From NCBI RefSeq assembly GCF_057098645.1, contig NZ_JBXSPU010000007.1: DNA of 3,133 nt, one strand, 5' to 3'. This document shows, piece after piece, positions 1 through 3,133 of the stretch; position 1 is the first letter of the stretch; every line of letters begins with the position of its first letter. The stretch is from a plasmid. The notes below the pieces were generated by a model. It searched no databases and had not been told where the DNA came from. It saw only the letters and a list, made by a program, of their open reading frames with translations. A program made the translations under genes and the position numbers.

Positions 1-300
1 GATTGTATTGTTTATCGCATTACGCAGAGCAACCTCAATCATCTGGACAAGACAAAAAAAATCGCCAGACAGATCTTGGTAGGCAACGTATGCCCCAACC
101 TTTTCTTGATCAGTAGCGCACCCAAGAAATGTTTCATAGAAAGATAATCTTGGTACAGAAATTGAGCTAATTAAACTTGTTGTATCCATGAAAACTCACT
201 TATCTCTTTACTATGAATATTTTTCAGACTACCATTACAACATTCGAGGAGCAGGCGAACTACCGTTTTTCTGTGTACCTCTAGAGCGTAAAATATAACA

Positions 301-331
301 AAAAAGCCCACTACAGAGTGGGCTTTTTTGT
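301..331. terminator. Bidirectional intrinsic terminator (A-tract / GC hairpin / T-tract)
   Basis: Seen in sequence: A-run 301-306, 8-bp stem agcccact (306-313) pairing with agtgggct (318-325), 4-nt loop acag, T-run 325-330. A-tract upstream and T-tract downstream mean it can terminate on either strand; it would end a minus-strand transcript coming from mobC/cer. Confidence 0.65.
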
Positions 332-430
332 TATATTTATCTATATGAAACAACCAGTTATAGTTATTGTTTCATAATAAGAATTGAATACTCTTCACAA
401 TCCACAACATCAGAAAATACTTTGCTGCCA

Positions 431-458
431 ATTTACCATAACTCCCCTTACGCGCACC
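431..458 (-). other. XerC/XerD site-specific recombination core (cer/dif-like multimer resolution site)
   Basis: Reverse complement of 431..458 reads GGTGCGCGTAA-GGGGAG-TTATGGTAAAT, i.e. 11-bp XerC arm, 6-bp central region, 11-bp XerD arm. The XerD arm is identical to the one I recall for ColE1 cer, and the XerC arm is one mismatch from E. coli dif as I recall it. It sits in a roughly 290-bp non-coding gap of a ColE1-type plasmid. Confidence 0.75.
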
Positions 459-558
459 GCTAAAACGCGCTGAACGCGATTCTGCCGCAAACACCGCAAA
501 AAGAGATGTTTTACCCAGTGAAAACCGGAAAAATGCGTCAGGACCGTTTTCAGCTCAC

Positions 559-572
559 TGCATAGCTATGCA
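559..572. repeat. Perfect 14-bp palindrome TGCATAGCTATGCA; candidate accessory (ArgR-box-like) element of the cer-like site
   Basis: Perfect palindrome seen in sequence, centred about 100 bp on the XerC-arm side of the core. This is where cer-type sites carry accessory sequences bound by ArgR/PepA. Assignment as an ARG box is inference; the half-sites (TGCAT) differ from the TGAAT consensus. Confidence 0.35.
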
Positions 573-647
573 TGAAAGTGAATGGCGATCGGTTTGGGGC
601 CTTACGGCGTTCATACCGTCTGTTTTCGACAGTTTCTCTCCGGGAAG

Positions 648-971
648 CTAATCTGCCATAAGCCTGGATAACAGGGCCCGGTGATACTCCGTAATAGCGA
701 TCAGCACCTCCGCATACTCTCTGTCCCCGACACGCTTGCCGTCGATAAAGAGTTTTTTCTGTAACGCCCCCAGTCTCATAACTTCTTTCAGTACCCGATC
801 ATCAGTCAGTGAGTTAACTTTCTTACCGAGAGCTGCCGCCCGTAAAAAACCGGAAACGGTCTTGCCGCATTCAGCAGCCCTTTTTCTGATTTCCTGGTCT
901 TCTTCTGCCGTCAGACGAACAGGGCGACTGATAGCCCGCCTGCGCGTATTACTTCCACTTCGTTTTGTCAT
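648..971 (-). CDS. mobC: MobC-family relaxosome accessory protein (ribbon-helix-helix N-terminus), 107 aa
   Basis: From track ORF 648..1061 (-). Preferred start is the internal ATG at 969..971 (MTKRSGSNTRRR...), preceded by GGAG 9 nt upstream on the minus strand. The stretch RPVRLTAEEDQEIRKRAAECGKTVSGFLRAAALGKK, followed by DDRVLKEVMRLGALQKKL, fits the MobC pattern (RHH beta-strand plus two helices, then the conserved leucine-rich helix) as I recall it. The track start at 1061 would lie inside the oriT inverted repeat. Confidence 0.7.
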   Translation of the reverse strand: MTKRSGSNTRRRAISRPVRLTAEEDQEIRKRAAECGKTVSGFLRAAALGKKVNSLTDDRVLKEVMRLGALQKKLFIDGKRVGDREYAEVLIAITEYHRALLSRLMAD

Positions 972-990
972 AAAACATGGCTCCGTATCT

Positions 991-1075
991 GACATGGGGT
1001 GTCGGGGCGAAGCCCTGACCAGGGTAATTGTAATAGCGCGCATGTATGCGCGGTATAACAATTACACATCCTGTC
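991..1075 (+). other. Candidate origin of transfer (oriT/bom-like)
   Basis: Directly upstream of mobC and divergent from rom. 996..1023 (GGGTGTCGGGGCGAAGCCCTGACCAG) closely resembles the pBR322 bom-region string GGGTGTCGGGGCGCAGCCATGACCCAG as I recall it. It is followed by a 20-bp imperfect inverted repeat (1024..1065) and then ATCCTG (1068..1073), which resembles MOB_P-type nick cores. Confidence 0.55.
1024..1065. repeat. Imperfect inverted repeat in candidate oriT (arms 1024..1043 and 1046..1065, 17 of 20 positions complementary)
   Basis: Left arm gtaattgtaatagcgcgcat; reverse complement of right arm gtaattgttataccgcgcat; centre at 1044/1045. Seen directly in sequence. Confidence 0.85.
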
Positions 1076-1185
1076 CTGTCAGCAAGTTCGAATTACCGAC
1101 AAAGGCACGGCAGTTTTTTGGCAGTGACAGTATTGTCAGGCAGAAATGCCCGTCAAAGAGTCAGACGACAGAATACCGGCGGCAA

Positions 1186-1214
1186 AACTGTCGAAAAGTG
1201 GTACGCGATATAAT
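1186..1214 (+). promoter_or_regulatory. Possible rom promoter (perfect -10 TATAAT at 1209..1214, weak -35)
   Basis: TATAAT at 1209..1214 lies about 40 nt upstream of the rom ATG. The -35 candidate 17 bp upstream (aactgt) is poor, so this is tentative. Confidence 0.3.
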
Positions 1215-1255
1215 CACACGACGCAGATGACAGACAGAACGGAGAAAACAGAAAG

Positions 1256-1450
1256 ATGAACAAGCAGCAGCAAACCGCACTTAACATGGCAAAATTCATA
1301 AAAAGCCAGAGCCTGACGCTGCTCGAAAAACTGGACTCACTCGATGCTGATGCACAGGCCGCCATGTGTGAGAAACTGCACGAACTCGCAGAAGAACTCC
1401 AGAACAGCATACAGACACGCTTTGAATCGGAAAGTGGCACCGGGGAATAA
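1256..1450 (+). CDS. rom: Rom/Rop (RNA one modulator), 64 aa, ColE1 copy-number control protein
   Basis: Track ORF MNKQQQTALNMAKFIKSQSLTLLEKLDSLDADAQAAMCEKLHELAEELQNSIQTRFESESGTGE aligns along its length with pBR322 Rop as I recall it (MTKQEKTALNMARFIRSQTLTLLEKLNELDADEQADICESLHDHADELYRSCLARFGDDGENL). GGAG lies 11 nt upstream of the ATG; size and position next to a ColE1 origin are as expected. Confidence 0.93.
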   Translation: MNKQQQTALNMAKFIKSQSLTLLEKLDSLDADAQAAMCEKLHELAEELQNSIQTRFESESGTGE

Positions 1451-1684
1451 CAGTGTTCCTACACCAGACAGGATGCAGAACGATATACCGGTGCGTAAGG
1501 AGAAAATACCACATAAGGCGCTCTTCCGCTTCCTCGCTCACTAACTCGCTACGCTCGGTCGTTCGGCTGCGGCGAGCGGTATCAGCTCACTCAAAGACGG
1601 TAATGAGGTTATCCACAGAATCAGGGGATAACGCCAAAAGAAACATGTGAGCAAAAAACAAGAACCCGAAAAAGGCCGCGCCGG

Positions 1685-1700
1685 TGGCGTTTTTCCATAG
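1685..1700 (-). other. Approximate RNA-DNA transition point of the ColE1-type origin (oriV)
   Basis: GGCGTTTTTCCATAGGCTCCGCCCCCCTGAC is conserved with pBR322/p15A; in pBR322 the origin maps in the T-run of this motif (here 1690..1694). Leading-strand synthesis would proceed toward lower coordinates. Confidence 0.6.
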
Positions 1701-2056
1701 GCTCCGCCCCCCTGACGAGCATCACAAAAATCGACGCTCAAGTCAGAGGTGGCGAAACCCGACAGGACTATAAAGATACCAGGCGTTTCCCCCTGATGGC
1801 TCCCTCGTGCGCTCTCCTGTTCCTGCCTTTCGGTTTACCGGTGTCATTCCGCTGTTATGGCCGCGTTATCTCATTCCACGCCTGACACTCAGTTCCGGGT
1901 AGGCAGTTCGCTCCAAGCTGGACTGTATGCACGAACCCCCCGTTCAGTCCGACTACTGCGCCTTATCCGGTAACTATCGTCTTGAGTCCAACCCGGAAAG
2001 GCACGACTTATCGCCATTGGCAGCAGCCACTGGTAACTGATTTAGAGGAGTTAGTC

Positions 2057-2086
2057 TTGAAGTTACGTGCCAGTTAAGGCTAAACT
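2057..2086 (+). promoter_or_regulatory. RNA I promoter (-35 TTGAAG 2057..2062, 17-bp spacer, -10 CTAAACT 2080..2086)
   Basis: Same layout as the pBR322 RNA I promoter as I recall it (TTGAAG, 17 bp, CTACACT); the transcript start falls at about 2093. Confidence 0.65.
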
Positions 2087-2092
2087 GGAAGA

Positions 2093-2196
2093 ACAAGTTT
2101 TGGTGACTGCGCTCCTCTTAAGCCAGTTACCGAGGTTCAGAAACTTGCCGGTTGCTGAACCTTCGAAAAACCACCTTGCCGGGTGGTTTTTTCGTT
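2093..2196 (+). ncRNA. RNAI: RNA I antisense replication inhibitor
   Basis: ACAAGTTTTGGTGACTGCGCTCCTCTTAAGCCAGTTACC... parallels pBR322 RNA I (ACAGTATTTGGTATCTGCGCTCTGCTGAAGCCAGTTACC...). It ends in the hairpin plus U-tract at 2166..2192 and is fully complementary to the 5' part of RNA II. Confidence 0.8.
2166..2192 (+). terminator. RNA I intrinsic terminator
   Basis: aaaaa-CCACC-ttgccg-GGTGG-tttttt: GC stem with U-tract, homologous in position to the ColE1 RNA I terminator. Confidence 0.7.
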
Positions 2197-2200
2197 TTTA

Positions 2201-2229
2201 AGATTACGATGGGCGCGATATGAACTCAA
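2201..2229 (-). promoter_or_regulatory. RNA II (primer) promoter: -35 TTGAGT (complement of 2224..2229), 17-bp spacer, -10 TAATCT (complement of 2201..2206)
   Basis: Minus strand reads cTTGAGTtcatatcgcgcccatcgTAATCTtaaaaacgaaaaaacc, matching the pBR322 RNA II promoter arrangement (TTGAGA, 17 bp, TAATCT) as I recall it. Confidence 0.65.
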
Positions 2230-2299
2230 GGAAATCCGCAATTAAATTATAAAAGTTTGTGGATTAATGGAAAAACTGATGTGAATCAGCTATTTATCC

Positions 2300-2328
2300 T
2301 TAAGATTTGATGTCAGATATGGTATAAT
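2300..2328 (+). promoter_or_regulatory. Candidate sigma70 promoter with extended -10 (TGgTATAAT 2320..2328; -35 TTAAGA 2300..2305, 17-bp spacer)
   Basis: Perfect TATAAT with TG at the extended -10 position, seen in sequence, in an AT-rich intergenic block. Predicted start at about 2335, pointing rightward at the small ORF and palindrome. Confidence 0.45.
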
Positions 2329-2401
2329 TAACCATTCAAATAGATGGAATAAAAAGTCAACGCTGCCATTAGAACGGCATAAGAAATAGAGGATTATGAA
2401 A

Positions 2402-2545
2402 ATGAATACTAAAGTTCTTTTTGTGAAAAAAGCCTTGAAATCAATTACTTGCGCAATTCTTTCGCTCTTACCGGCTTTAAGTCGCGCAGTAACAGAGTTA
2501 CGTAGCCTTTCGGCTGCGCGACTTAAAGCCGGTAAGAGCTTTTGA
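2402..2545 (+). CDS. Hypothetical small basic protein, 47 aa (49 aa if started at ATG 2396); not on the ORF track
   Basis: Shine-Dalgarno AGAGGA (2388..2393) is 8 nt before ATG 2402. Translation MNTKVLFVKKALKSITCAILSLLPALSRAVTELRSLSAARLKAGKSF, TGA at 2543..2545. Both arms of the perfect 26-bp inverted repeat lie inside the ORF, so it may instead be the 5' part of a structured non-coding RNA. No homolog recognised. Confidence 0.3.
   Translation: MNTKVLFVKKALKSITCAILSLLPALSRAVTELRSLSAARLKAGKSF
2464..2539. repeat. Perfect 26-bp inverted repeat (arms 2464..2489 and 2514..2539) with 24-nt spacer, followed by TTTTG
   Basis: Left arm gctcttaccggctttaagtcgcgcag; the right arm is its exact reverse complement. 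The spacer contains a small secondary hairpin (agcc-tttc-ggct, 2504..2515). Seen directly in sequence. Confidence 0.9.
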
Positions 2546-2569
2546 TTGTATCACATTTTTCCTTAAAAG

Positions 2570-3133
2570 TCAACCGGCTACCTTAAGCTCCCTGCACTTA
2601 ATCCTCCCTATAATCCCCATAACATACTCTATCGTGCAGCGTTCATAAAAGCGCCTATCGTGCCCAATAAACTCAATAAGTTCCTTTTTCTCGTTAGAGA
2701 CGATACTCAAGGCATTCATTAAAAAATTGAACTCTTTCAACATATTATTTATGGCTTGACTATGCGACTTGCAGTGGTGTTTTTTCCAAATAGGCTCATG
2801 GTGAAAAAGTCGATTCCTAAACAAAAGAACTTTATGAAACTCGTCAAACAACGCTTTAACCTTCATATCCCCCCCACCCAAAGGATTCTTCGCATGAGGA
2901 AATGTTTTTGCCTTGTTCTCTGGAGTCCAGATGTAGCACGGCCTTTGCGTATCCCTATATGGGGCATCTAACATATAAACCCAAAAGCCAAAGGTTAGAC
3001 GGCAAATAACATCATCATCCGTATACCTTACGCCACACTCATCTAGCGCTTTTTGTTTCGCATTTAAAACAAGATCCTGAGATTTCTTTGTTTGAGGTAT
3101 AGAGTCGTACCAAGCAGGCCCATGATTAGCTTT
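2570..3133 (-). CDS. Abi_2 (AbiD/AbiF-like) abortive-infection family protein with HEPN-type Rx4H motif; C-terminal 187 aa, N-terminus beyond the window
   Basis: Minus-strand frame is open from the window edge (3133) to TGA at 2570..2572; the track ORF 2570..2974 is its internally initiated part. Motifs: LTFGFWVYML, and FRNRLFHHEPIW matching the Abi_2 hallmark R-N-x-x-x-H-H-x-x-(L/I)-W, which contains the HEPN Rx4-6H signature. AT-rich codon usage differs from the backbone. Family call is from motif memory. Confidence 0.65.
   Translation of the reverse strand, partial: KANHGPAWYDSIPQTKKSQDLVLNAKQKALDECGVRYTDDDVICRLTFGFWVYMLDAPYRDTQRPCYIWTPENKAKTFPHAKNPLGGGDMKVKALFDEFHKVLLFRNRLFHHEPIWKKHHCKSHSQAINNMLKEFNFLMNALSIVSNEKKELIEFIGHDRRFYERCTIEYVMGIIGRIKCRELKVAG

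Larger units (their letters stand above)
1693..2194 (-). ncRNA. RNAII: RNA II replication primer precursor (ColE1/p15A-type)
   Basis: About 500 bp, by my recollection near-collinear with the p15A origin and more divergently with pBR322/pUC (e.g. ctccctcgtgcgctctcctgttcctgcctttcggtttaccggtgtcattccgctgttatggccgcg... as in p15A). The 5' end is placed about 7 nt downstream of the minus-strand -10 TAATCT; the 3' end is at the origin T-run. Ends are approximate. Confidence 0.8.

Noticed and set aside
171-353. Track ORF, 60 aa, minus strand
   Set aside because: Its 5' end includes the terminator hairpin (301..331); no Shine-Dalgarno; low-complexity AT-rich translation. Most likely a chance ORF.
560-650. 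Possible relaxase (MbeA-like) N-terminal remnant downstream of mobC on the minus strand (a frame reading ..KPIAIHFHA, faintly like MIVKFHARGKG)
   Set aside because: Only about 9 residues with weak similarity, no start codon, bounded by stops. It cannot be distinguished from chance, and the region is better explained as cer accessory sequence.
648-1061. Longer mobC start at 1061 (137 aa) as given on the ORF track
   Set aside because: The extra 30 N-terminal codons overlap the candidate oriT and its inverted repeat and lack an SD. The internal ATG at 969..971 has GGAG 9 nt upstream and gives the size expected for MobC.
1108-1143. Three GGCAG pentamers (1109, 1120, 1139) and a TGACA/TGTCA mini-palindrome (1125..1138) upstream of rom as possible iterons or operators
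   Set aside because: Too short and irregularly spaced to separate from chance; ColE1-type replicons do not use iterons.
736-1230. Track ORF, 164 aa, plus strand
   Set aside because: Antisense to the well-supported mobC gene and reads straight through the oriT inverted repeat and into the rom promoter region. It is Ser/Arg-rich, typical of the reverse frame of a real gene.
1153-1544. Track ORFs 1153..1440 (-), 1296..1541 (-) and 1344..1544 (+)
   Set aside because: All overlap rom (1256..1450), whose identity is strongly supported; they are antisense or alternate-frame shadows.
1453-1741. Track ORFs 1453..1650 (+) and 1541..1741 (-)
   Set aside because: They lie in the conserved ColE1-type origin and RNA II 3' region, which is known to function as RNA/DNA structure rather than coding sequence.
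2220-2400. Tandem short repeats of a type III toxin-antitoxin (ToxI-like) RNA upstream of the Abi gene
   Set aside because: No tandem direct repeats are visible in this stretch, and the Abi-like gene is convergent rather than downstream on the same strand.
2464-2539. Inverted repeat interpreted as a CRISPR repeat, retron msd or integron attC
   Set aside because: It is a single copy with no spacer-repeat array. No reverse transcriptase ORF is adjacent. attC sites are imperfect with extrahelical bases and RYYYAAC/GTTRRRY cores, which are not seen here.
2756-2971. Track ORF, 71 aa, plus strand
   Set aside because: Fully embedded antisense within the Abi_2-like CDS; no SD.

Overview
Most of this window is a ColE1/p15A-type small-plasmid backbone, recognised by reading the sequence against remembered pBR322/p15A sequence; no search was run. 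It carries rom (1256..1450, +), the RNA II primer and origin (about 1693..2194, -), and antisense RNA I (about 2093..2196, +) with promoters and terminator. It also carries a cer-like XerC/XerD site (core 431..458), and a mobilization remnant made of a MobC-family gene (648..971, -) and a candidate oriT (991..1075) with no relaxase gene. Both edges are visibly AT-richer and look like cargo. The right edge holds the C-terminal 187 codons of an Abi_2/HEPN-like abortive-infection protein (2570..3133, -; N-terminus outside the window). Converging on its stop codon is a compact unit the ORF track misses: an extended -10 promoter, a Shine-Dalgarno and a 47-codon basic ORF (2402..2545, +) that runs through a perfect 26-bp inverted repeat (2464..2539). 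That Abi-adjacent unit is the most likely place for something undescribed; everything else is conventional plasmid biology. Protein family calls rest on motif recognition from memory and need confirmation by search.
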